Positions 27,538-39,771 of a stretch of 64,000 nt of DNA are shown here, piece after piece (position 1 is the first letter of the stretch; the number at the start of each line of letters is the position of its first letter). The position numbers and the translations under genes were made by a program. Origin of the DNA: Lama guanicoe (Eukaryota); assembly GCA_013239625.1 (NCBI GenBank), contig MU054032.1, positions 682,001 through 746,000 of the forward strand, written 5' to 3'. Below the pieces are notes generated by a model. The model ran no database searches, was not told where the DNA came from, and saw only the letters and a list, made by a program, of their open reading frames with translations.

Positions 27538-28779
27538 GTACCTGAGCTTCCTTGAAATCCCCCTTTCTACTTGTGAGGATATCTCTGACTGAATTGTTTA
27601 CATTGGAATTTCTGCTCCTCACATACAGTATAAGAAGGGATGATGAATGAGTGAGCTTGTTGTACTGACCAGGAAAAATACCTGACTTGGTTAATTCTTT
27701 TGATTTCCTGTGAGAATAGTGAGGATATCTCTTATTTGAATTCAGTAAATACTCTTGCTTTGTGTTTTGGGATTTACCAAGTTCAAATCCCCTAAATAAG
27801 CCTGGGTTACATTTGGGTCACTGTTTTGTTTCTCCTAGTTTCTCTTTATGATCCAGAGTGGGTGGCCCTGGTAGTAAGACTGAAGAAGGTGAATGCTTTA
27901 GCACACAACCTGTGGGGTGCTAATTAAATCAAAGTGGACTCCTTTTGGTGGCGCAAATAACCCTAGCACACTAAGCTTGGAGTGTTATTCTTTATTGTAT
28001 TCAAGATAAAATTAGTAATTACTGTTTTTGAAAAATGTTCACTTGAATTTGAATCTTGGAGACACAAGTTGGGTTTGGAAGATAAAGCTGGAACTCCATT
28101 TTGGGTAGAGATTAATCCATGGTACTCTTTGCCATAATAAGAGGCAGTCACTTTAGAAAGTATCTGTCATAATCAACTGGCTGCCAGTTGTTGCAGCTGA
28201 TCTTCCACTTGGGACTTAATTCCTGGCTACAGTGTATATGCCATGGAAACCATTGACAAGAGCCCTTAATTAAAAATTTCTAGCTATAACCTTGTATTTC
28301 TATCCCCTCTCTTTTTCCTTCTTGGGGCGTTGAAGTTTCTTTAAATTAATCCAATTATATTTAGAGAGAAATAAGTTCTGAAAGGGCCAGTAGCAATCCT
28401 GTGATTATCTGTACTTCATCTTGTCTTCTAAGCTTCTACCTCTGGATCTGGGTGTTTGATCTCCATCTTTTGATCTCATGTTTCTCACTTCAACCTTTCT
28501 AATAGAAATATTTTCAAAACCACTTGACAGAGACAGGCCACACATTTTGCTCCAAACTTTATAGTAGTCAATAGGAAGAAAAACACAGTTGTACTGTTTA
28601 CAATGATTCACAGCGTTCAGAATGTAAAAACTAACAAGTTGCTCAGCAAAAGTATAATTATTTGGGGTCTGGGAATGGGAAAGAAAATTTCCCCATGGGT
28701 CCCCATAATGCAGTAGTGTAATGAACAGTGGCACACATCTGTATTGTAACTCAGTTGTGAATTCATAAGGCTCATGAGG

Positions 28780-28882
28780 TTAAGGATCTTTGTCTTATTC
28801 ATATTTCTGTTCCTAGGACTGGAACAGTGCCTGACCCAAAGTAGACTCTCAGTGGATATTTGAATGACTAGTGAATGAATGA
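28780..28882 (+). mobile_element. L2 3' end remnant
   Basis: ACAGTGCCTGACCCAAAGTAGACTCTCAGTGGATATTTGAATGA..TGAATGAATGA. Confidence 0.6.
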
Positions 28883-31479
28883 TTTAATTTTATGATTTCA
28901 GTGTTACTGAAAATGTTGTTAGAAACTGATGTGTAAATCAGTGAAAGCAATTCCCCAGGGGCCTTTAGAGTATCTAGGATTAGGTCTGCAGAGTTAGAGG
29001 TCAGATCTAGAAAGAGAAGATGGTTAATAGTACCTGGAGTTTTGTCCAGTTACTATTCTGCTACACTTAAACGCTAAATCTAATTGTCTATCATTTGCTC
29101 TGCAACTAAAGGGAATTTCCTTGTTGCCTTGGTAATGAGTATGATTCTTTGATGACTTCACTTCTAGTGTAGAAGAAGAATGAATGGCATTGTTAGCTGC
29201 AAAATTTTGTTGGTGGTCTCTGACTTTATTTCAAGGAACACGAGGAAGCAATACAAATTGAATACTTATATGATAGTTTCTGTGTACCAAGCACTTTCAC
29301 ACATGTAATTTGTATCTTGGGGCAGCCTGGAATGTCTCAGTCTTTTCCCTCAGCAGGTATCATTTTCCTTATATTGTCTGAGGATTTGCCAAATATGAAA
29401 GGGAAACAAGAAGAAAAGTGAAAGATATCTTCTGAAGGACACAGTTTAGAACTATCTTGTTCCATGATGAAAAATACAGTGATAGTGATTCATGGGGGTG
29501 TTTGTCTTTATGAAATATATATCATGTTTTCTGTCCTGTGCTGCTTATATGGGCTCTCTCCTCTTCTGCACAATTCTCTTTCTCATTTTATCACCAAACT
29601 TTTGAAAAGAAAAGACAGTTACTGGGAGATGAGTGACGATCGTGCTGAAACTATTGGCATCAGTCAGTTAGTTGGCTTGCTGTTTAAATCTTGAGTGAGA
29701 ATGAGAGAAGTGAAGTATGTGGATCAATCTGAATATCCAATGCCTGTGTTTAGTCAGTGAGGACAGGTTTCTCTTCTGATTTTGGATACAAGTTGTGTTT
29801 TGAGGAGTTTTCACTTGGTAGCAAATAAGGGCGCTTCAGATTCCAGCAGTGTTCTTCCCACATAGGGACTTGCAGGGGGAGAAGAAAGATTTGTTAGTGG
29901 TTGAAGTTTTGCAGGAGAGAAGTGGGGGAGGGATGAAGCAGAGGAAGGTTTGCAAATGCATATGACACTGAGTTAAAGGGGTCAGTGCTGCCTGCAGATG
30001 CACAACCCCATTTGTGCACTTGAGCATGGCCTGGGGGAGCATTGGCCTGATGAATGCACAGAGAGATGCGTTTTGATCGAGGTAATTTCCCTCAGAAATG
30101 GGTCTCACCATCCCATGAATCAAAACCTGTCAGCAAGGAGCTAAAGATGGAGTGAAGTTTATTGTACGTTTGTTTCCATGCGACACCGTCACGCTAGAAG
30201 GGTCAAGTGAGAGAGATCATTAGAACTGTGTTGATTTACTGGGCCTGTTGTGCACTTTCCCTGCAGGGCAATGAGGAAAGAGGCTTTAGGAGGGGAGCTG
30301 AGGGGCACTGGGTGGGGAGAGAAGGGCAGGCATGCACAAAATAAATAGAGCTCCTATTGGTCTCTGCGGGTGAGAGGTGGGCAGGCTGTTCATAGTGGGT
30401 GGGGGGATCTGTATTGTTTGTTTTTTTTCTCTCTAGAGCTTCTGGTAGGTTTGGAGCAGATGCTCTGCCTGGATCTCCAGGAGAGGCACCAAGGGATTTA
30501 AAAAGGAAGCTCATAGGGAAATCTCTGATACTAGCCTTAGTGGCTAGAGAAATATATCCACCTGACCCCACTCCCTCTTCTTTTCCTACCTTGTTCTTTC
30601 CTCACTTTTGAACTAAAAAAAAAAAAAAAGAAAGAAACCAGGAAATTTAATTTAGAAGTCAAACTCTACATTTTAGGATGTAGCAAAGTAGAGAACCAGA
30701 GGGAAGGCTGTCCCACATATTCTGAATGGATCTAGGCTTTGTGATGAGATTTGTGAGGAAATGGCCCCATGGTTTGTGCTGAGAGAATGGCTAGGTTTCA
30801 GAAGTAGCATCTCCCTCTGTGATTTGAACTTGCTGATGTACCCCTAGCTGTATACCCGCTAGCTCTGAAAAAAAATACATAGTGGTAGTTGAGCAAGATA
30901 CAGTCTAGTCCTACCTCTCCCCGAGAAGGGTATGGTATGCTCCTTTTATTCCCCCTGAAACTGTTTCTTGCTTGGCCTGGAGGCTTAATGAAAGGGAGGG
31001 CTTTCATTTAGAATATTCTATAGATGTTCTCATTTTGAAATTTCCATTTATATTTCTTAATCACTTTTATCTTAGTGGCGGTAGACAAAAATCAAGAAAA
31101 CTTTCCCTAGAGACCTTGGTAAGGAAATAGTGAGGCCTGTGTTCATTGGAAATCCTAATTCTTTTCATAGATTTCAGCAGATAGAAGAACCAATTAGCCA
31201 AAATTAGAAACAAGTTCACTTGTGAAAATGTTTAGTATGAGACTACTAATTGGTGTCCTTTCCCTTGATCCCTAGTTAGTTATAAAGTGGAGGCGAACGG
31301 TATAGTAGAGAAAGGATAGAATCCTAGCATTGACTCAAGTTATTTCAGAGATAACGGAAGTAGTTGAAGTAGTTTGCAACTGCTTTTTAGCTGAGGGTCC
31401 TAGTGATCCTTCTTCCCTTGGAAATTAAGCACTGCTTCCTTTCTGCTACTGTTCTTCCAAAGAAATGCTTATGTGACAT

Positions 31480-31680
31480 ACTGGAGAATATGGTAAAGTT
31501 AAGAAAGTGGGTTCTTGAGTAAAATGTCTTGGGTTCCACTTGTGGCTCTTCCACTACTATTTGTGAGATTTGGGCAAGATACTTAGTTTCTCTAAGGCTT
31601 AGTTTTCCTATCTGTGAAATGAATTTAGTCATAGTACCTATGTTTAAGATTGTTAAAACATAAATGAGATTAATATTATC
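31480..31680 (+). mobile_element. MIR SINE
   Basis: TTGGGCAAGATACTTAGTTTCTCTAAGGCTTAGTTTTCCTATCTGTGAAATG. Confidence 0.7.
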
Positions 31681-32432
31681 ATCATCATTATTTTAACTTA
31701 CGATTATTAAAGACAAGAAACTTCTTTTATTCTTTGGAACCTGGCTCAATGTTTTACAGTAGTTTAGAGTACATTAATTATGCTCCCACTATGGATTTGC
31801 TCATGGTTATAATGAAAAAGGCAGAAAAACTATGTAGGCAATATTCTATTCTAGTAATACACTATTAAGTGATAACTCCTGTATAGGAGTCTTCAGTCCT
31901 TGAATAGCCACCAACCTTTCTTAGCTCCTTTCTTCCTTGCTGGAAGGCAGGTGCAGTAAAAGGGAGAAAATGAACATGCTTCTCAAGTTGAAAGAGCTGG
32001 AGTAAGAACAGGAAAGTACTGCTGCCTGCTGTGTTCAGAGAGCAGGGCAGGTGGGCAGACTGAACGCAGAGGCTGTAGGGCCACCCTGCTTTGGACCAGA
32101 AGGCGGCTCCCTGGTCGTCAGGGCAAAGGTAGCTCCTCGGCTGGAGTTGAGAGTAAAGGTATTTTAAACATTCCCATGTTTCTGTAGTTCTGTTTATTGC
32201 CTTTCCTTTTGGCTCTGGTTTTGGGGACACCCAGAAACTTGCCTACAGACTGCAGGAATATGAACTCCTTAGGGCTTTTTTGTTTTTTTTTTAAATCCAG
32301 CTCAGGAGCACCACACAGAAGCTTGTTCAAAAGTCTTTTTGAGCCCTTTTAACCTGACCTGTGGATGAGGGTGGTTATGTGTGTATGGAATGGAGGGTCT
32401 CCTGGGAGAGGATAGGATCTTTGTATACATCT

Positions 32433-32471
32433 CACACACACAGACACACACACACACAGACACACACACAC
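32433..32471. repeat. Imperfect (CA)n microsatellite
   Basis: cacacacacagacacacacacacacagacacacacacac. Confidence 0.9.
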
Positions 32472-32565
32472 CCCTCTCACCTAATTTTAGATGTTTCTAA
32501 TCCTACTGCTGGCCTTTTGATTACTGGTGACAGGGTATTGGGGCAGGGCAGGGGAGATGGAAAAG

Positions 32566-32722
32566 GAGAAAACAGCTGTTAAAGTGGGATAAGTAAAGTG
32601 GTAGGGTTTAGGTCCTGATGGGAATATAATATAAATGAGACTCATATTGAACAGTGTTGGATGTGAACAGTAGCTCAGTCTTTAAAATGCTATAGGAGAA
32701 TGGTTAACTCCTATTCACAGTA
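32566..32722 (+). repeat. Intronic duplicated element, copy B
   Basis: Shares the identical core ATTGAACAGTGTTGGATGTGAA with copy A. Confidence 0.85.
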
Positions 32723-33347
32723 AGCTGGAACATTCTCTCTGGTTACAGGGCAGATACATGAGTCTTGGATGCTTGGAAAAGGTCCAGAGTATCTCTCTCA
32801 GAGAGATGACTGCTGCTGTTTCCTTATTTTAAAATCATTTCAAACTATTCAGAACTTTCTGTGACTTTGCTAGGTGTTCATAATGCTTAGCTTTCTTTGT
32901 TAGTTCTTCAGAAACACCACTCTGGCTCTCTTCCCCTTCCCTTGGCAAGTGAATGGAACATGTAAGCAGTGTTCAACAAATAATTTGGGTGCCTTCTTCT
33001 AGCCTGCTCTCTGCAGGTGTTATTTAGTAAAGCCTCATTTTTCCGTGTCTCTGAACTACAAAAATTCCTTCAGCACAAAAGTTTGTTTGATGAGTATTTT
33101 TTACTGTTTTCTTGACTCTACTTGTCTAATGAGTATTGAGGCCCTACTTAAGATTGTTTTTAGTCATTCCAAGGACAATATGCTACATGCTAGCTTATTC
33201 AGTTTTCTGTTCTTTATGTTTGTGTGATCCTTAGTTCTTGACACAAGCTTGGCTGGCATATTGTGACCAATAAGTTATAATTTCATTCCCATTTACCTTG
33301 TGAATGGAGGCTAGCTTGTTTAAACTCTTTTCTTTATGCCTGAACAG

Positions 33348-33437
33348 TCTGAGGATGACGAGAAGCTGAAAAAGAGGAAGGAGCGATTTGGGATTGTCAC
33401 AAGTTCAGCTGGAACAGGAACCACAGAGGATACAGAG
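33348..33437 (+). CDS. SARNP: SARNP exon 10 (after a ~19.7 kb intron)
   Basis: gaacag|TCT GAG GAT...ACA GAG|gtaaaa; SEDDEKLKKRKERFGIVTSSAGTGTTEDTE. Confidence 0.96.
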
Positions 33438-35597
33438 GTAAAATTTACTGAGAACTGCTTCCTAGAGCCCTTGAAGGGAAAATAAGGGTGACAAACAGTG
33501 GAGAAACATTATTATTTCTCTGGCTTACTTCTTAAGTGACCAGATGACAGGATCTTTTGTCCTTTGCTTAATATCTGTTTTCTGGGTAAAGTAGCCCCAC
33601 AGGTAATTCACTGTTAGAGCTGATAAGCCTAGTAGGAAAGAGTGCAAGATATGGAATCAGTTAAGCTTGGATTTGAAGAGTAGCTGTGGCACTTAGTATC
33701 ACAGTATTACTTACAAGTTATGGTAGTTTTCTGCCTCAGTGTCATTATTTGGGAAGTGGCAATACTAAAACCTACTTCAAAGTGGTATTTTAAGCATGAG
33801 ATGATTCTATATAAAATATTAGACACAGTGCCTGTCATGTTAAGTATTCAGTAAGTAGCAATGTCTGTGATTATCTGCCAAGCATTTTCTTTGATCATTT
33901 AATGAAGGCCATGTCCAACCCAGACACAAATACAGTTGTGCCTAACTGCCCTCTGGAATAGGAGAGTGGGCTCAAATGAGACTTCTTGTTCTTATCACTC
34001 TGTTTACAGATAGGCTCTCAAAATGAAAGAGTGGTTTACCCCTTAAAAAAAAAAAAGACTTGTGTTCATCCATATCTCAGCGTTCTTTGGAGTAACTCGC
34101 ATTCACTGAGGCCCTGAGCATTGGCAGACTGCTCACAGCTCTCGGAGCTTTAACGGATGTTTAATGGATGATATTGATTTGCTGACTTGAGAATATCTAT
34201 AATGGAGACCAAGTGTCACCTGAGGTGTACATGAACAGTTGAAATAATGAATATGTTTAGAATTATAGAAAGTTAGATGGCAAGGAATTTGGAATGTTGC
34301 TTCTTCCATTTGATCCAGATTTACTTCTTTCCATCTACCTCTGGAGATGGCCTCTGAAAATCTGTTACCTCATATACTCAAAATAATTATAGTCTCTTTA
34401 TGAATAAATATCAGGAACAATCTTGTAATAAACACTGAAAATTTTAGAATCTGATCAGTTTACATTTTCCACTAGGGAAAAAACTAAAGTAGTTTGTATT
34501 CTTTGTGCTACTAATTCAGGATAAAGCATTGCATGGTGTAAGTAAATGTAGCTGATACTTGCCAGCATGAGCTAGAAGTAAACTTAGGCTTATTTTAATT
34601 CTAGTTAAAAATTACTCCCTCTTTGCCAGGGAATCCATTGCTAAACCAGGAGTGCTCACTAAATTGGTAAATTTGGCCTCCAAGATAAGGCAGGTGAGGA
34701 TTTTGTGGGGTGGAAAGGAATAGTAGCTTTTTGGGGGCAAGTAAGTGTATGTAAGGGAGTAGTAACTTCTGAGGCTGATGGAGTTTACATGAACTTTTGA
34801 TTCCAGAGAATTGTGTAAGTGATGCAGGCGGAGTGCGCTGGGCTTACATGTACTCATCTTTTCTTTTTAATCTAAACTAAATGATTCCCCTCTTTGCTTT
34901 GGGGCAGTGGTTGGAGTGAAGGTGAAGGACTCAATTCTGTTTTGTAAGTCACTCCCAGAGCAAAAATACCATCCTCTTTCTCCCCTCTACACATTGTATG
35001 CCCTCCAATGCTGCCATCCTTAAGAGATCCATGTTTGGCCTCTTCCCTGTGCCTCCCCCTTCCCTCAATTTATTCTGTTGGCACTGAAAATTTATATGCC
35101 TCTCTGTGGATTGGGAGGCCTGAGGAATAGTTGCTGATTGGGCCTAACAGCCCAGAATGGCATCCCCCGTCACCTTCTCCGTGACATAACATTGGCCAAC
35201 CTTTTGTTCTTTGAAATCTCCCATCTCTCCACTGACTGGAAGACTTTCCCTAGCCTGTTAAGGTTCCATTGTTTCCAAGCTAACTTTCTATAAGGCCGAG
35301 TGGCCCTTTCTCCTTTAGGAATCTTTCTATTTTCTATGACTGTTCTTCTCCTCTCCCTCCCACCCCCTGCTCCCCACAGTCTTCTCTTTACCCTCCTTTT
35401 CCACCAGACCTCCCCAGCTCTGGATAACTAACTGGATAACTGAAGAGATTCAGACATTAAATCTCTGGCCGCCAAGCTTAAGCTCGGCCTGCCTTCCTTC
35501 TTGGACCTTGTGACAGTCCATGAGAGTTTAGACTAAAGCCAGGAACCCAAGCCACTGTGTCTTGCAATCTAATTTTTTTCTTGCTTTTTCCTTACAG

Positions 35598-35639
35598 GCA
35601 AAGAAGAGGAAAAGAGCAGAGCGCTTTGGGATTGCCTGA
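35598..35639 (+). CDS. SARNP: SARNP exon 11, coding part including stop
   Basis: cttacag|GCA AAG AAG AGG AAA AGA GCA GAG CGC TTT GGG ATT GCC TGA; AKKRKRAERFGIA*. Confidence 0.97.
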   Translation, partial: AKKRKRAERFGIA

Positions 35640-35861
35640 TGAAAAGCTCTTGATGCTTTCTGTTCTCTGGTGGTTTCCATCTCTGACTCTTCCTGGTCAC
35701 ATGTATGCCTAAAATGCAGTCATGTGCTGAGGTCCTGCCTCGCAGTGAGGGAGCATGTACCCCAGGTACATCCGTGAACTTCAGCAATTTGACTTATTGC
35801 TGTTCCAACTTTTAGGTTGTTGTTGTTGTGTTACTGTTTTTTAATTATTATTTTGCTTGTT

Positions 35862-35867
35862 AATAAA
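35862..35867 (+). terminator. SARNP: SARNP polyadenylation signal
   Basis: First AATAAA after the stop codon (~220 nt downstream), preceded by a U/GU-rich tract. Confidence 0.75.
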
Positions 35868-38800
35868 AAAAAAAACCAGAAAAAAGAACAATGTGTTTTA
35901 TCAGGTGCTCCTTTTGAGTTCTTAGAGCCAGATTAGACCAGATAAGGGGAGCTTCAGGGGTAAATACTATAGAGAATTAGCCATAATGCCTTTATCCTTT
36001 AGAAAGGAGAACAAGGAAAAGGATTGAGTCTATCCCTTTAAGTCTGTTTATTCCCTTCTCTCATACTCACAGGCATCCTTTTACCTCTTTATTCTCCATG
36101 AAGAGGCCAGGTTTCACCCTGAATCTTTGCTTTAGCAGGTTGGCCTGACCCATTGGGATAAAACTGTGGGTTTTAGGAGGTGCAAAGGATATAAATACAA
36201 GGGCTAGTGATTGGTAGTCTATTATGGAATGGAGTCCAGGGTCCCTATTATCCCCATTTTCAAGAGTGCTACAGCCAGTATGTGGGACCCTACCCTGTTG
36301 GCTATGCAGTTCAGGAAAGGAGATAGGCTGGGTACCCCTCAGGACTGGAAGAAAATACAGGGATTCAAAGTATGACAGGATGTCAGAGGTGTTAAGCGTT
36401 AGTACCTAGATCCTTGGGAATGTAAGTTGTGGACTAGAGGCTTCTATTTTTTAATCAAGCCTTGTGCTAGTTTAGTTTGTCTTCTTCTGTTGCAGAAATA
36501 CCCTTCTGCAGTTTTGGTGGTAGTGTTTCTCAAATATTACTAAAATCCATTTTCTCTGCTGAGCCTCTTACTTAGAAAGGTTTGGCTCTCCGTAAGCAGA
36601 CTGCTTGTTTGCATTTAAAGTTTCATATAGATCTGAGACCTGCTGCTTAATCTTTTTGGATTTGTTGGTATAGAGTTTCTCCTCTTAATCTTTATTTCTG
36701 TACAGCTATATAAGGTTGGGTTTTATTCGGGTTTTTTGATAATAAAACTTAAGAACCTGTCACCTCACCGGAAGACCTTGGTACCGTGATCAGATCCCAT
36801 GTTGCTGTGGTGTTAATTCCTTGTTCCCATTTCTACTAACACCTCTGTCTGGCTTTGTGATGAATAGAAAGGTAATGGTTTGATCCCCTTCCTAATGATC
36901 TCTTTCCACAAAGTCCCTTTGTTTGCTAGAGGACAAGGACCTAAGTTTAGATGCCTAAGAATACGCTGTTTTGGAGAACATATCCAGAGATTGCCTGTTT
37001 GTCCACTGGTTGTGAATTTTGCCCCATTCTGAGACTTTGGAGAAAGGAAAAAAAGGGAACACTGGTTAAACTTCTTCCATCTCTTTCCTCTGGCCTCTAC
37101 TGTCGGCCTCCCTTTTCTTTTCTCCAGGCCCTGATCTTGAATTTAGCTTTTCCCCTCTTACTCTGTCTCTCTGAAAACAGAACCAGAGAGAATTTGTTCA
37201 GTTTTTTAGCTTTAGAGAGTTTATATTTTCAGTAAGGGTTTTCTACCCAAAATAAGAAATAGGTAAAGGAATGGAGTAGATGCTGATAATGGAGTGGAGT
37301 ACTAGGTCCTTCAGAAGTTCTCTTCACTTTGTTTCCTTATCCTCTATAATGTTCCAGATAGTTATTCAACCTCCCTATCCCCACCCCGAGGATTCTCTTC
37401 CTGAAGCCTAATCATTCTTTTCTCCACTCAACTCACTTTTCCCATTTCTTTAATACAGTGTTTCTCAATTTGTGTGGATTTTTTACTAACCCTTTTCATC
37501 CCGTTCCAGCAGCTGTTCTTATGTTGGTCAGGAGTCTCACCTCCAAGCCTGATCACCAAATCCTCCTCTTCCTGTCTCATTGTAACCATTCCACACATAC
37601 TTGTTGAGCAGGAATAGTTCAGGATGCCTATGTCTTTTACTAATTCAATCTTAAAATGGTAAGTCCCTTGAAAGGCAAAACAGATACCCATGCTTACAAT
37701 TCTTTATCTGAGATCCAAGTACCCTTCCTTCCTATCCCCGAGTCTCTTTAGTGTAGCTAATCCAGGATCCAGATGTAGTTAGCCAACCCCAGTCTTCTTT
37801 CCCCTGTCCTGAGGCTGTGACATTCTCTGCATACCTGGAAGCTCTTAATGAGGGAGTCTATAAAAGATGCTGGAAGGAACCAGTTTCCTCCGCTGTAAAT
37901 CTGTACCTTTTTATGGTTCTCTAGGATCATTCTCTTTTTCTCTACCATCACTCTAAACTGCCCTTCCCCCTCCCCAAACCCTGGGAACTTGTGAAGACAC
38001 AAGGCTAGAAGCTTCTTTGGGGGGTGAGGGCTATCAGGAAGGAAGATGTGAATAAGAGCAGGACTTCTCGGTGCTGAGTTTGAGTCCTGTTGTCATATCT
38101 GACATGAGAAACAGATGAGGGGAAAGGAAGGAATTTACACAAATAAGGGAGAAGAACAGTTTTCCCCTATTCTCTTTTGTAATGGCCTCTGACGATTGGA
38201 ATCCTCCAGAATCTAATCTTCCACTCTTGCTACATGTCCACACTCCTCTTGTTTTGCCTTTCAAAGGGACTGAAAAACGTCAGACTTCACAAGTTTGGGG
38301 ACCCTTTGAGCCCGAAGTGCTCCCAGCTTTCTCTTTGTTTTCCTTTCTCAGTTGTCCCTGCCTTTCGTTTTTCTAACCTCTCAGATCACTGTTAACAGGT
38401 AAGTAACAATGAAATACTGTACTGCAACTCTTTTGGTGTAATTCCTTGTTCTACCACACTAGCTCAGCTGGTTCCCAGACTCTGTGCCAAAAGCAACCCT
38501 ATTGTGAAGATTGCTGTGAGAATTGACACTATCATATTATGTACTGAGCACAGTTTGCTTAACATAGCTTGAATAGTAATCTTTCCATAAATATTAGCTC
38601 TTAATTTTACTAGGTGATTTACAGTGGAAACATTCTTTTCCCTGAGTAGAGTCCAGCTAGAAGAAAGGGGGCTGAGTGGACTAGTTTGAGAGTTTGTATG
38701 TGTATGCTTACTGCAGATGCTGGTGCATTTGGAGGTTAGAGATATGGGAGGAGTCCCAGTTGCTCCCTTAACCCCAGCTCACGTTGTGGCCAGGGCCACT

Positions 38801-39765
38801 GACTTCCCTCTTCTGCATGACCACCCACCAGAAGCTGTAAATGCCACTGCCTGTTGGTTCCTAGCTTCCTGACATGGGCCAAGACAGAGTATAGGATAGC
38901 TATTCATGCATTGAGTTGCAGGAAGTCATCTTGCAGTCTCTTCTGGGTGTCCTCTCAATGTAGGAAACAAGCATTTGGGGGGCAGGGACCTATTTTTAGC
39001 TCAGGACAAAAGGTAGGGAGAAGTGTGGGTAAAGCACTTCCTTGGGGGGACAGTACAGTCTGTGGCACTCCTGTCCTCCCCCAACCTCAGTCTTGTAATT
39101 GGTCTGCGGTGGGGTCAGTCCACTGAGAAAACTGACAGGACAGAGAAAGCATGGTTGCACTTGAGCCCTCAGTGGCCCTGTCCCCCATCTGGATCAGATT
39201 GATGTCACAGGAACTTTCCTTTGTTTCCAGATACGAGTTAGGCAAGATTCCTTTGCTATCCCCAACTCTTTAGGCCCTAGGGAGACATTTTTATGGTGGA
39301 ATCAATATTTGAGATGCTTAACCACTCTTGGTACACTGGCAAGTTGAATGTTGGTTTGGTTTGAGGATTTTGTTGAAGAAACCTTAAGATCAGGGAACTG
39401 CAGGAGAATAGGGTAGACATTAGCTAGGTCATCTCAAGAGAACTTTTAGATCTTCTGTTCTGTGGAGGCTGAGAGAGGGTTTTTGTAATCTTTGAGACAG
39501 TTTAGGATTACGTCTCCAAAGAAGAGTTGTTCTAAGTCCCTTCTCTTTCCTGTCCCTTGCCCAACTTCCCTTGGGCTGCACATCCCATCCCTCATCCTAG
39601 GTGCCCCTTAGTGTTTTCCGTTGCTTCAGAGACCCCATCTTCTTAGTCCTTGAACACAGGGTTTCATTCTCTCTCAGATCGTCTGCTTCCTGGTCTCCAA
39701 GGTATAAATGTGGCGCTTGATTAGGGAGAAGAGCTCATCACTGAATTCTAAACTCTTTGACTGCT

Positions 39766-39771
39766 TTTATT
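39766..39771 (-). terminator. Candidate GDF11 polyadenylation signal (~3 kb 3'UTR)
   Basis: AATAAA on the minus strand, downstream of an AU-rich, TGTA-containing block (40010-40050). Other minus-strand AATAAA at 41639, 40230, 36722 and 36691. Confidence 0.45.

Noticed and set aside
32651..32663. ACAGTGTTGGATG resembling part of pre-miR-141
   Set aside because: Only a short match from memory; there is no TAACACTG 3' arm or full precursor hairpin.
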